Assembly (NCBI GenBank): GCA_003344405.1
Contig: NOWV01000027.1
Coordinates: 62,001-126,000 of the forward strand
Length of the DNA: 64,000 nucleotides
Reading direction: 5' to 3'
Source of the DNA: Trichoplax sp. H2
Lineage: Eukaryota
In this document: in pieces, positions 12,799-38,501 of the stretch
How positions within the stretch are numbered: position 1 is the first letter of the stretch
Layout of the letters: every line of letters begins with the position of its first letter
Program-made: the position numbers and the translations under genes
Notes under the pieces: generated by a model
Databases searched by the model: none
What the model was told of the DNA's origin: nothing
The model's input: the letters and a program-made list of their open reading frames with translations, nothing else

Positions 12799-15700
12799 AT
12801 GGCTGCCACACTGGACATCAATGATAACACGTCAGCTATGATTTTAGGCAACGGCATTACTATAGCAGACGAAGAAGAAATGGAGCTAGAAAAGGGTGAA
12901 ATATTGAAAGATGGTACAGACCTTGCTAGGAAGCAATCATTGTTACCCAGTGGTCCCAGTACATTATGCTTTGTAACTGAAGATTTTGTTAGTGAAGAAT
13001 TCAATGTCGATGGCTTTATAACTTCCTGCCGCAGCAGTGTTTCTCCGGAAGTACTTCGCAATGACTTAAAGACTTACTTCGATATTCTAAAGAGTTCCAT
13101 GGTCGAATTGATTAACAAGGATTATGCCGACTTTGTTAATTTATCTACGAATTTGGTAAATTCTCAATATTAACAATATCATCGATACTAAGATTATGCT
13201 GAATTAATGATAGGAGTACAGTATGTGCTTGTCATGGTTTATCGAGAGATAGTGGTTGTTACAATCTAGATGACTGCTGTCCCAGCTCTCTATTTATAAC
13301 TACACTCAATATTATACGTAAACTAGTACAATAATGAATCGTTCCCGCGGATATTCCAACTTGTATTGACTGACCGTTGTGATTAAACAATATTTCATGA
13401 ATAGCATTATGAAACACGATTTAGTCAACTATCCTCAGCTTTCAGCATCTATTCAGCAATCACTTCAGCTATTAGGCATGCAAAAGATGAATTCCCAAAC
13501 TATTCTATACCTTAAATTAGTGTGTAGTTACTACAGATAATTTTGTATATTAATATGATTGGCTTATGGTATTATTACAATGTTACAGGTTGGATTAGAT
13601 AAAGCTATCAGTAATATTTCTGCTCCTTTGGAACAGATCAAAACAGAAGTTGGGGTAAGTCATAAAGTTAAAATAATAATTTATAGTAGCTAAAGCGATT
13701 GCTTTCGTAAACATAGTGGTCTTATTTGAATCCACTACCGTATTATGCTAGTTCAGAAAGATCATTATATTGCAAGGACACGTTGATAATTAGTCCATAT
13801 GCAAAACTGCACAAGGTAACTTATTGCTATGTTCTACTGCCACCTATAAAAGGTATTAGAGAAGTAAAGGCCATTAATGCGTCAACTTTATGCATGTCTT
13901 ATTCAATACCGATAATGCGGTGCTGCGTATACGTATTAAATATATTTCGGACATATATATATATATATTCTACTACAACTATATGATTCAATACTGATTT
14001 GAAGGCGTCACCATTCTAAATCCAAGGATAAAGTTATACTGTAATGTATTCACATAACGATTTTACGTTTACTAGTCTGTCAAGGACTGTATTGGCCAGG
14101 CGATGAATGGTATTAATAGAAGATTAAAGAAGAGAACCGAATTACGAGAGAAAAAAGCTCGGTTACAAAGGTTACTAAATATATCAGATTCTGTTGATAA
14201 AATTGAAAAGCTGCTTCAAATCAGCTCAACTTCACCCCAGAATATGATGTCAGCATCATCTGAAGAAGAAAAGTGAGTAAAATCTAATAAAAGAAAATTC
14301 AATTGCAATTATAGTTCTATTTTAAAATCTGATACTTTACTACTGACTGCTGATTTAACTATTTTGTTTGTAACTGTTGATAACTTGTATCTTATTGTCT
14401 TTTCTTTGCCAGCTATGGACATTTAATTGAACGCGTTGCGATAGAATTTAATCAGTTGTTATTCAATTTGAATCAAAGTAAAGGTCTTCCATTTGTTCAA
14501 AAGATACAGCTTGTGAGTACTACAATAATTTCATAAGAAGCTGATTCTTTTTATACAACTTTCGTTTTTACTAAACTTGATAAATGTGTTTTATTTTATA
14601 TTTAAGCGTATTGATTCAATCAGTAAAACTCTAAAAAGTAGCCTTGATAGATTGTTCGAAGAGGCTGTAGGGGGTGGACAAACTGATTCTTTAGCTCGCT
14701 GTTTGCGAACCTATGCTGCTATTGATAAAGTTCAAGAAGCTGAGACTTTATTTAGAAATATGGTTGTCAAACCGAGAACGAATGAAGTTAGTGTTGTTAC
14801 TTAGCACCTTGATATAATGTTTTTATGTTAACTGTATTAAATCTTATTGTCATTATTTGTTCTCCCAGATAATTAAAAGTGAGATGTTGGACGTCGTCGC
14901 TTTGCAGACAATGTATCAGAAAATTATAGATTTTATTCCTATCCATTGCGGTCTTCTATTAGAGCTAACTGCGGAGACGACATTATCCGATATCGGTCGC
15001 GGAAGCATAACTACTAGTGGTAGTAAAATACGAGGTTACGATTTCTTGGTACATTCAGTATTTCCAGAAGTTGTTTCAAGTATAGAAGTTCGCCTGCCTT
15101 TAATTTTTGCACCTGGTAATCCGGATATCTTCCATCAGGTATGTTATTCTTCGAATTCGATAATTTTAAATGATACCTTTATGACATCCATTAATGGGTC
15201 TGATTCTTTTAACCGCAGAAATTTACAGCTACACTAGAGTTTATCGCTAAATTCGAGTATCACTGCTGTTCACAAAGCAGTATACTCAGGCTTCGGGACC
15301 ATAGCAGTTATAAGCAGTTTATGTCAAAATGGAACCTACCTGTGTACTTTCAGATCAGGTATATTTAATTACGAGTAACGTGTATATCAACCGTTACAAT
15401 ATTCTACACTACCGGATTACTTGGTTATTCAGTTTCTTACAAGTTCTATTGCGCCTTTTGATAAAGATTCAAAGATATCGGAGAATTGACAGAAAGTGCA
15501 TACACAAATCCTTTTATTACGGTGTCAGGTAGCAATGAATGAATTGCTTTTAAGTCAGTTAACCTTCGTAGATAAATTTTGAACATTGTACGGTCTCCCT
15601 ATTTTTGCGGTATTGTGAATACTTGTTTTTTAATCGTAATTTTATTGTATTCAGATAAAATTTGTAGGTTGAATGTGACCAATACGTTATGGTATTGCGT

Positions 15701-17256
15701 CTCTCGATGTTGGTCGGATGATGTATTTTTACTTAATTTAACGCATCTATTTTGGAAGCTAACTATGCAGGTAAGATTATGTGACGTTGTCACTTTTCGC
15801 ATATACTATATATTGAACTGAGTATCTTAACCGGTTATATTTTAGCTACTCTCTCGCTTTTCTTATTGGTTAACTAACGTTAAGGAAAACTTAGTAAGTT
15901 CTGTTAGAATGTAGCTCTGAAATATTAATAGAGTAATACTTATAAAAATAGAGTGCATTTGTGATATACGATTTTAAAATTAACCTAAGTGAGTATATTA
16001 TAGCCTAATTTTGGACTTGAAGATCGTAGCAAGGGCTCTAGTATTGATACAAACAAATCTCGAGAGAGCAAACGTGATGTGGTTTTATCAGATACAGCCC
16101 ATGTAATCAATCTTATTGGAGATATAGATATTTTAATACCAATGGTAGGTAGTTGCAACGTTAATTCTTAATTTAATATATGATGCGCAATCAGATTGAA
16201 CCTCTTTCAAAATGCTTCATAGGTTAAGAAATTATACAAGGACACCATTATACCACATGTAAAAGAATTACAAAGTGATAACTTTGTTTTGTTAGATGGT
16301 AATTTGAAGAATGTCATTATAGTGAACCTAAAATTCTGATTAGCCTATTTTGCGGTTAAACTTCTATAGTCTAAAATTATTAAAATCGTCGTTAATTTTA
16401 GAGAGCATTAAAGAAGCGTGTGATAATGTAGTTTTACATTTACCAAAATTCGAGTCTCACGTAATTACTCAAGTAGCAGATTCATGTAAGCAGCATTTGG
16501 ACGCAGCAAACAGTGTTCCTCGACAATATCGACGAACAAACAGAGAGGTATAAGATTGTAAACGTTGTATGCTGTATTACAGTCGTAATACTAAGATGTC
16601 TATCAAGACTCATTAACATTTGATTACCAATTTATCGCTAGATGCCGGGTAAATGTTCTACATACGTACACGCAATTTTTATTCCATTGAAAAGTTTTAT
16701 ATCAGAAAGAAGCGATCATATCAGTAGCAATAAATGTAAAGACTGGGTTACAAGAATATTACAAATTGTAGCTGATAAGTAAGAATGTATAAATTTCCTT
16801 GATCTGCAAAGATGTAATTTTTATCTTACTTGGCCATAGGCTTTTGTGTAATCAATTTTATAGACAAGTGATAATGTAATTTTCTTTTCAGATATTTTAA
16901 CATTATTAATGATATATTAACGTCCGTTGAAAAGACAAGAGATAGTCTTATGAGATTAAAGAAAAATATTGCTGCAGCTGCTAGTGGATCTTCTACGTCT
17001 GTTAGCGATGAAGATAAAATTCGATTACAATTACAGCTTGATGTTTTAGAATTTGCGAATGAAGTAAGCCTATTAACTTTGGTTAATAGTACAGTTAAGC
17101 TTGAGATTATGTGCTAAAATATTTTACTTATCGTCACACTATGTTTTACTATTTTAGATTGAAAAATTTTCAGCATCGTCACGCTCCTTACCAGCCTGTC
17201 AGCAATTAATTGCTTTAGTTCAGTCCACTAATAAATCAAATATCAACGAAATCTAG
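12799..17256 (+). CDS. COG2: Conserved oligomeric Golgi complex subunit 2 (multi-exon)
   Basis: Motifs PSTLCF...FNVDGFI...LRNDL..Y...LKSSMVELINKDYADFVNLSTNL|VGLDKAI, RCLRTYAAIDK, IFAPGNPDIFHQ, KWNLPVYFQIR, VPRQYRRTNRE and SDEDKIRLQLQLDV. Stop TAG at 17254-17256. Confidence 0.95.
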
Positions 17257-18463
17257 CGTTTCAATATCATGCATTGGCGCATACTAATTTACGATACTGT
17301 ACATCTATAAAAATATTTAATTACAAGGCATTTTTAGTAGCTATACCAAATAAAAGACGCATAAAATTCTTGAATCTATGTATTATAATCAATTCTAAAG
17401 TGTCCATAAGGAAATGTAAAACATCATTTTCTTAAATAAAAATGACGAACTTTCAATATAATCTTTTAGTTTCTGGTTTTACTATGGTAGAAATTATTTT
17501 TGGGCAGATCATCATGTAAAAAATTTTAATTTTTATCAGTATTATTTACAATAGTAAAATATTGATCTCTAGTGGCACATAATCTAGAAAATTTACAGAA
17601 ATGCTATGGGTAGGCTTTAATTTAAATTTTAACTGATGAAGAATAGAACTCTTGACAATTTTCTTATTACCTTTAAAAGTTGTTATTTAAGGTTAGGGTG
17701 AATTAAGATATTAAATTCGGTTGGATCTTTTTTATCACTGTTACGCTCCAGTAAATATACTATCAATCAACATAAGTATGTAGTAACACTCGACTGTATT
17801 GCAAACTATGTTTGATCAATTTATTGATAGTTAAATGGTTCATTATCATACATTATACATCAACTGGATGAATATAAATATCTGACCATTGCAGGCAATG
17901 TCCTGGATATTCATACACAATCATTTCGAAATTAAATTCATAATATAAAATTCTATAGTTATCATGTATTGGTTGTAGAGTATTTATTCATCTTTTCGTA
18001 TCTTATTATACGACGTATTTGCAGTATTACCATATTCTATAGAAACTAGAAACTAAAGTTTCGATGTTGCATTGAGTATTATATAGTTAATATAGTCCTT
18101 AGTCAGGTTAAGAAGATTTTGTGTTTGCTTGAGCTATATTAATAATGAAGAAAATACGGCTATAAGAGTAGGACTGCCAATACGAATACCAACTTGCAAG
18201 TAGAAGTAAATAAATTACATTGTGGAAGTATTTTCGACAGATTCTATTCCTTTGTTCTGCATTAAAAATAGTTATAACTTGTGAGTATTTTGTCCAATGC
18301 AAGATTACGCATGATCATGCATACTCGTCCATTACAATATTCGTTAGCACTTGCCGAAATACGAGTAAATGCAACAGCTGCGTGCGCACTTTATGTAATA
18401 CGGCTTACGGTATATCAATCCATACTGTATGTACATTGTACAGTACTGTAGTTACTCGTTAAT

Positions 18464-18853
18464 TCAATATCTTTTTATTCGTAATTCTTTTTCAAATTGT
18501 TCAGCAGTAAGAGTTCCATCAATGACTTTACAGTCAGGGTTAAAGACGGAATAAGGGCTAAGTTTACCACCCTTTCTACCGTTGGTAGAAGTATTTGTAA
18601 TAACCAAATAGAACATGGATATAATGAGAAACACACTACCAAATTGTATCTCCACGAAGAATGCCATCAATGAGGCCCAAATGATCCATTTTAACAGCCT
18701 TATTAAAGAAAAATAAGAGAGTAATGTAGCCTTCCAATCATGGTAACTTCCACTATCATTTTCCTTAGTTAGTTGTACGTCGTCGGTATTTAATCGATCT
18801 TGATCACGAAGGCTAGCCTTTTTATTTCTGCCTTTGCGGCTTAAGGATGACAT
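18464..18853 (-). CDS. SAYSD1: SAYSvFN-motif domain protein (ER membrane, UFMylation/translocon quality control), apparently a single coding exon
   Basis: Hydrophobic hairpin (WIIWASLMAFFVEIQFGSVFLIISMFYLV) followed by GKLSPYSVFNPDCKVIDGTLTAEQFEKELR. Confidence 0.92.
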   Translation of the reverse strand: MSSLSRKGRNKKASLRDQDRLNTDDVQLTKENDSGSYHDWKATLLSYFSLIRLLKWIIWASLMAFFVEIQFGSVFLIISMFYLVITNTSTNGRKGGKLSPYSVFNPDCKVIDGTLTAEQFEKELRIKRY

Positions 18854-21800
18854 CCTATACTGTATTCACAGTTATCACACACTACAAATAGATAGGCTAG
18901 GGTACTTTTAAATGTGTATACGTTCTGATGGAAGTTAAAATTCCGAGAAGCTATTCATATCTCCATAGGTTGCGATGAAGTAGATTTAATTTTAATTGAC
19001 TGCTTTCTTATTAGGGAATTTCCTCTATCTGTGAGTCTCGAACTACAGTACATATACTGTATACGGTACAGTACAGTACTTAATATTACAGTACTATATA
19101 CCGTACACGACTGACTTCAGTTTACATAAAAGTTGTTTGATTTCTTTAAAGCATGTAACCGAGAAGGAATTGGGGCGTTAACGTGATGGCTGCTCTTATC
19201 ACTGCATTAAGGTTATGGATAGGAATGATAGCAACTATAGCATTCGTAAATAGCACTCAATGCTATTTGCAAGGTGAATTCGTACACCAGCGTATGTATA
19301 CGGAAACCAAGGAAGGTAAAGCTTGAAGTTATTCATGAGCAGTTTTAAGTATTTTCGGTAGCAAGCTTAAAAGTGGACTGTTCGGATTTGCAAAAGTTGC
19401 TGACGATTACAGCTCAAGACCTATTCCGTCAGGGTCTTTGACTGCTGCTATTTAGTTGCTATACCCACTGAATAACATGCAAAAAATTATAAATAGAAAT
19501 AATCATTCAAAAAAATGTAAACAATCTTTTAAAAAGCCTAGTTGAGCTCAGTACGCTGTTTTAGAAATACATGTTAAATTTGTTAGATGCATAGAGGTAA
19601 CTTCTATGGTCAGATATCATGCCATTTCAACATCTATACACGTATACTGTAAGAGTATATTCTTCAATAGAGACAGTGTTCTTGTAGACTGCTGTACTAT
19701 CCGACCACTTAATCATGTACACTCTCATAGCTTATCGTATGCAATACTAAGAATAATATTGGAATTACTTATTAGCTTCTTATACGCGTATACAGTACAT
19801 ACCAGATAATATAGTATGACCTATACTGTAAGGTCCTTAAATGCACATCGTTAATACTAAAACAAGCTATAGAACGAGCTTTAGGATACAATTTTAAGTA
19901 TAGCGGATTAATAAACCGCAAATATGTATTCGTAATTTTGAAATTAGCGTCGACTTAGCTCCATTCGACTTATGATATTTTAACGAGGTGTTTTATCATT
20001 ATTAACTTCTCAGCTACACTACTACAAGCCAGGACATTTGGAACTTGGACCCTGCTAGCTTCCGTAATCCGTATCTATTGCGCATTTGATATTTATAATA
20101 AGACGTAAGCTCTCAGGAACTAGTTCTAGAGTAAATTCATTCTATTTTATGTGTATAATTTATTAACGCCGTTCCCTCGCTCTGGCTTGTAGAGCGTAGA
20201 ATTTATGCAAAAAATGGATAGCGATATAGCATGTTTATTAAAAAGCTATATTATCTAGCTCAAAGTACTTATTAACATCACATTTCGTTTTAATTCGACA
20301 TTATACACTAGGCTAATTATTTTATATCTGATCAGAAGATTACAAACATACAATATAAATATTCTATTTTCTTGCAATCTCAAGCTGTTTCGGTTCCAGT
20401 ATATTCAATAGTCTTAAAGTATGCCCACTTTGATCTGAATAATGTGTTGTCAGAGTCACATTGCACGCTGGGTTGCAGACGTCAATACTGATATATTTCA
20501 TACTAGTACCAATAGCATAATAGGTTGTATATCAACAGTGTGAATATGCAAATCATATTCGTATTTCACTTCATACATATTATTTGTCTACTATGTATGA
20601 AATTTAAATTTGGGCACGCAAAAAATAACAGAACTATTTGTTGCACTAGACTAGATACATGCATACAAAATTGAATACTTTATTTCTGATATAGGCTCTA
20701 TATGGTAACGTTTTGGTCGTTTATCATTGTCTTGGCCCATCTCCTAGCTGAATGTTACATATATCACACTGCAGCCTTTACTCCTGGTGTTATAGCACCA
20801 TTGATCATTTCCAGTAAGTCAAAGTCAATTAATGACCTATAAAGCGTACAGTTGACTGTTGGGATGGCACTGTAGTAGTGGTTTACTCATCTCACATGGT
20901 ATTACAACTTCTATTAAAGTATCATAAACTCTTATTGTTAGGTTTATCATCGGTTTGGATGATATTAGCTTATCCCTCTATTACCAATGGAAGTGAAAGC
21001 AAGGCTAAGTCAAATTGATGCAAGAAGCCAACCTATTTACTAAATGTTCCTAACTAGCAATTTTAATGCCATGTAGTAGTCTGCTATAGATAATGGAAGT
21101 ACATAAAATATGCTTAGATAGCTCACTGTCATTGCTGGCCTCAATTCCAGCAATTGACAAATAAGGACTGTACAATTGTATAATGATATTACGCCTCTGC
21201 GTGTGATATTCCGTAGGACATAATGGTTTTCTATATAATAATCATGTAGCGCTGTACAGTACGTTGTGTATGCAGTCAGTATTTATAATTCTTTCTTGAT
21301 CACATATAGTGCAATATATTTATATTAATTATGCTTATAGTCTATATAATATAGTTACTGTTATCTCTTGTTACAGCTACTGATAAATTCTTTATGCCGT
21401 GTATTGAAGAATTCGATTTTCATTATTACTGTACACTAAATCAGAACTTATTGTCAGTAGCTCAAGTTTATTTCTGTGGTCTGGATTTCTATTGCATGCT
21501 CAAGCTATCGCAAACTGTAGATGCTGTATAGCGAATGTATATCATGAAATTAACGTGATTACGATCATAGAATAAGGCGTAGGATAGTACAGTTTTCTGC
21601 ATCCAGACGTAGTCCTATGGTATAGAATGTAGAATGATAATTTTATATAATTAACGGGTCACACCACTAGACCTTATAGTATAATGATCGAGAGCTGAAA
21701 TAGCTGTCGCACGCATTTCATTCATTATTCAGCTTATACGTAATTAACTGACTAACAGTAATGAGACATTGCTAGCAATGTCCATTGTACGGTAGCCAAG

Positions 21801-23213
21801 TCAAAATGCATCCTATACTGTTGTCTGTACTGTATTGTTCTTAAATCTTCAATTGAGATTAAAAATGCAGTCTTTATACATCAATGTATAACAGTACAGT
21901 AGATGCAATTTTATTCTGCGATTGAAATGAAGTCCATGGTCCAGCCGAGGAGTCGGCAAGGGCTGTTAAAACTGTACTTGATACTTGGTGAAGCTTATTT
22001 ACAGTTTGTTTTCTATTTCTTCTATCCAGAAATTATCTAAAACGCGCAGTGCTATTCGCTATACAAGGGTTGCGTAGGCTGTTTTTTCCCCTTTTTAAAT
22101 CATTATTCTATATGTATTACGAATTCGGAAATTAACTGTGCTATCTGTGTCAGGGAAGCGACAGGACGTTCACCTAGTATATCCTGTTTAAATGTTTCGA
22201 TCGAAAAATCAGATGTACAGTATTGTAGCTTAACGTAGTAAAGTTGTAAACTTTAATAATAAATGTCCTAAATATTGCTAGCAGTAACTTTGCTCGGACG
22301 CTACGAATAAAAACAACTCAAATACATGCAATGGAATATATTCTACGCTCTAGTTGTATGCTGCAAAATTTGCATAGTTCAATTGATCAAGGATATCAAA
22401 TATGTATTGAAATTTTAGTCCGATTCCTGTATTTTACAATACTCTATGATTATCCGGATGATTTAATGGCAATCACACTACAGTACAGTATTTGTATTCT
22501 TGTCCATTTTGTATATTTTAGTTGGTGCTGACATCACATTACGATTATAATTTATTCCGAATTTTTTCTTACTCTAATTAGTTAATTAATTAAAGGCGCT
22601 AAGGTCGAGTCGAAAGCGAGCGGAGAACATGTGTTCCTGTACTGGGACTGGTAGCAGTACAAGCTCCAAGCTGTACAGTACTTACTGTACTGTATTATAA
22701 AGCCTAAAACGGTATAAACTGTACAGTACAGTGTTCATCAGCGCTGACGTTAGCAAAAAAAATCCAAGTACTGTGCACTGTACAGTACAGATCGTACAGT
22801 ACATAACTTTATCGCTGACTAATCGTCTATAGTACTGTCCTATACTCCTGTAGGCGTTGTCGTAGACAATGCAGTAGAGTACAGTACCGGATTGTCTGGT
22901 TGGATTGACAGTACACTTTACAGTACACTACAGTACAGTACTGTACTGTGCGTACTCGAGCTCGCAGGTTGATTAATTACTGCGTCGAATAATAATAATA
23001 ATTAGAATTATTAATCTAGTCGCTGCTCTCATCGAGTTAACCAAATCGTTTAGCCATGATTATAAAATATTAGGATGATTACTTTCTTGGTATAGAATCA
23101 AAGTAGATTAGTTTATATTAATATCACCGTCATGATAGTATCCTCCATGACCCTATTTTAGACAGTGTACAACTGTAGATAAAGCAGGAAATTCCTACGC
23201 TGATTCACAGTAA

Positions 23214-34538
<11,325 letters not shown>

Positions 34539-36285
34539 GCTAAGATTACTTTATCTTTTTATCATGCAGTTCTGTAATAATGGAAATACTAACAAAAAAC
34601 TTAATTTTTACTCAGCTACATTATACGCGTATGTAAATTACGATAAATTGTATGATGGCAAATCGAGGTGATTTAATGGCTAATAGAAACATTTCAGTTT
34701 TACACAATTTATCAGAAATACAGTACAATGATATATTACCTGAATCTCTTAAAATTTAAATGGCCGGACCATAATAATTATACAGAATTTAAATTACGCA
34801 TTATTGGCGCATCTAATAATTATTAATTGTACTCTAAAAAAGTAATTCGTTCAATCTTTAACATTTTCTTGATGATAAATGTAATAATTAATGTATTATA
34901 GCATTAACATTGCAGTCTGGATAACTGATGGTCATAATTGCGGTACAATATTTAGACTATATCGTATTACAGATATAATGAATCAAGTACTCAAAGGACG
35001 TGTATAATTCTATATCGACCGAATGAGACAGTTTATATATATATTATTGCGTTATAATTATTTTTAGTATTTGAGATATTGATAGTATTACTATCTGTAT
35101 TATTGTGATTATTATTTGTGCATTCAACACGTGAGAAGAGTTAAGACTAAAATCATTCATAATAAAAATTACGGTAATCATCTACAGTAATACTGTTTTA
35201 ATTCACTTTTATTTCATTGTTATGGATACTTGTTAAACGAGAACAGTAATATATTTTAATATTTCGTTGTGATTGATACAACTACAGTTATGCAATATGA
35301 TTTCGGTCGGAAATGCTGATGCAATCGTGAAATAGCTGTTGTGCTAGATGGTTGTAGATGGATACGCATATACGATCGTACGTAGTTGAGAGGTGTATAA
35401 ATCGGTAATAACCAACAAATGATAAGCGAACCGTAAACACATCGAGGTATTTCTAGCTTGTTAGCGTACAATATCATCACTTAAAACAGCTGTAAATTCT
35501 AATATTCTGGAACGAACCCTATACAATTAGAAGAATTAATGCTAAAGTATCTATGCCTTGATATGAAATACACCCGTGCGGTTTATCATACGTCGATATC
35601 CAAAATAATGCGCTGAGCTTATTTATATTTACCGCTCTATACTTCCTACGGCCATTTAATGAACTATTAATCGTGATCAATTGCATGTCTAATTCTTAAA
35701 TATCGCAAATAAATTACTGCTTTAATAAATTAGAGATTAGTGGATTTTAGCCTCAGGGTTTACTATAGCGTAAAGCTTCAAATAGAGCATGTAATCCATA
35801 ATGAATCTTTATCAACCTTACCCTATAATCTAGTATCTTCTTGATCAAAAGTGAATGAATTATAAATTTATCATATTAAGCAATTAACAAAAAGTAGGTA
35901 AGTCAAATTAAGACATCATCCTCTGCAATTACTAACAAATGCACGGTTAAAATTTCATTTCTATAATCAAACTAGATCAGGTAGCTACCAGTAAAATCGA
36001 TGGAAAGGATCTACAGATTTAGACCTAAGCTATTTGTACTTCCAGGATTCTATATTTAGTATATTCCCGTGGTATATAATACATATGTTACCTGGTAAGT
36101 TGTTTATACTTAACCGTGCAGAACCTTACAATACTGTACATGTTACGGTATGGTGATCTCCACGACAACCGTACTGACCGACGGTTTAGTACTATCCGAG
36201 AGAGTGCAGTACAGTCCAGTTCAGAGCTGAGCTACCGTCAGGCGTCAGCTACGAATGTGGATGGGTAGTTGGGATTAGCTTACTA

Positions 36286-37947
36286 ATGAAAGCTAGAATT
36301 TCTCCGTTGTCGGTTACCGTTTCTTCATGTTATAAGTTATGCTATACACCTACGATATCACAAGTAAGGAAGCTTCGACATGATCGGCTCTCTCCAGAAC
36401 GTGATGATGATAGTATTTTCTTAAAGAAGAAGATGAAAATCGACGAAGATCGTGAAATCATTTATGGTATTGCTCCATGTCAGCTTGCATTAAAAGCAGG
36501 TCTGTTGCAAGTTGAATAACTGCAATAAACTACTTCTACGATATCATTTACTATAATTTCGATTAGTTTGAGTTGTTCGCAATATATAGTATCTATTTTG
36601 ATCCTACTGCTGTACCTCGAAAACCGTACATGCTCACTATTTAAACTGATTAATCTGTCTGTATTTACTGTACATAAAAAATAATAATAACGTAACTGTC
36701 TACCACATACCTACGTATACATATTTATTTAATAGATACTCATGATCTACTTACCGTATGATGATATTTTCTGGGTTTATTAATTGCGGGATTTATTCGG
36801 ACAGATCGACGAAAAATTTATCATATCTATGTCCGAGATCCTGCTGGTACACTAAAGCCCAACAAATCAATAGAACATATTATCTTTAAGGCTAGAAAGC
36901 TAGGCATACATGTATTGCCATCGGATAAGAGATATTTAGATAAGTTAACCGAAGGACGCCCTCATCAAGGCGTTGCTATGAAGGCTACGCCACTCCGACC
37001 TAATCTTATTCGTCATGATCTCGATAAAACAGCCATGGCTAATAATCGTAAAGCATTATGGCTAGGATTAAACGATGTTCAGGTTCGATGATCAATTAAC
37101 TTGCAAATGCATGAATATCTTTGTCAACAGTTGGCGTTTTCTGCATGGCGTGCACGATTGAATTATGATTCATTCTTTGAACAGATTTAGCGTTCAAGAC
37201 AGTCAATAATTTCATCATTAGTGTATTATTAACATATTGTTTTGATAAAATTATTATTAGTATGAGAAAGTAGAGTGCAAAGCGTCTATCTTATTTATAT
37301 GTGAATATAGGACCCTATGAATCTTGGAGCACTAATACGAACAGCTGCTCTAATGGGTGTGAATCGTGTCGTGGTCAATTCCAGAAAGACTGCAAGATTA
37401 TCTGCTGTCGTTAGCAAAGCAAGTGCAGGTGCAATGGAAGTTTATCCAATCTATGCTGTTAAGAATCTATCAAAATACCTCGATGTACGCAAATTGAATT
37501 ATCTTTTACGAGTATTTATCTGTTTTTATCAGATTTATATAAAACAAATACCTTTCAAATATACTGTATGCATAGTATCTTGTAGAAAATGACTGGAATA
37601 TTATTGGTACAGTTGGGCACAAAGAAGTTAACCAATATCAAGCTATATCATGTCAAAATTTTAACCACAATGGAAAGCCTACAATTTTAATGTTGGGTAA
37701 GATTTAGGAATATACTGCACTTTCCAAGTTATCCCTTTCTGTTATTATTGAAGCGCAGCAATTCTTTTATGTATTTATAAAAGGCAACGAAGGATTTGGC
37801 ATCAGTGCCTCCATCAAAGAGAAATGTAACTCATTTCTTACTATTCCAACAAGTTCATCATGCCCTCCAGATATTGATTCACTAAATGTATCAGTTGCTG
37901 CTGGAATATTATTGTATTCACTTCGTGGACGGCTCAATCGCTGCTAA
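36286..37947 (+). CDS. MRM1: Mitochondrial rRNA methyltransferase 1 (SpoU/SPOUT 2'-O-MTase), about 5 exons
   Basis: Motifs EIIYGIAPC, LDKLTEGRPHQGVAM, DVQDPMNLGALIRTA, VSKASAGAME, MLGNEGFGIS and IDSLNVSVAAGILLY. The basic N-terminus resembles a mitochondrial presequence. Confidence 0.92.
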
Positions 37948-38501
37948 AATAGCAGTAATTTCAATCTTATACAAAAAGATGTTGCATACTATCTCTCATT
38001 TAATTATCTATTTCATCTTGACATACCGTTACGATTAATACATGAATAAAGTTTTTTAATTTTCAAATTTTCTGGACAAGCAAGAGTTCAACAAATTTAA
38101 TGCTGAATAAATTCTTTTTTATTTTGAAGTTATTTTATAAATTTTTTAGCCAAAGAATAATTTCTAAGCATGAATAAAATCTGTACAGAAATAACTGATA
38201 GCAAGTCAAATCAATAGAAGACGTTGTAATAATATAATCCCATTGAATAAGATTTAAAAATAAGCTGAATAAAATAATGCAGATACGATCTGTATCATTT
38301 ATTACCAACAACAAGTCAATCAATTCAATTATTATTGAACTTGATTTTAAAATAGCCAATTTTCATTTTCCTTTTTCAATTATACAACACCTGTCATAGT
38401 AACATTCAAAGAATGACCATTTGTAAGCTCGCTTTTGATTATACTAATAATGAACTACTACTCATGGTAGAACATGCATCAAATACTCATTGGACGCCGA
38501 T

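Noticed and set aside
18900..23200. Possible hidden gene in the 4.3-kb SAYSD1-pecanex interval
   Set aside because: Only short low-quality ORFs. I found no consistent exon chain, but cannot exclude a noncoding transcript.
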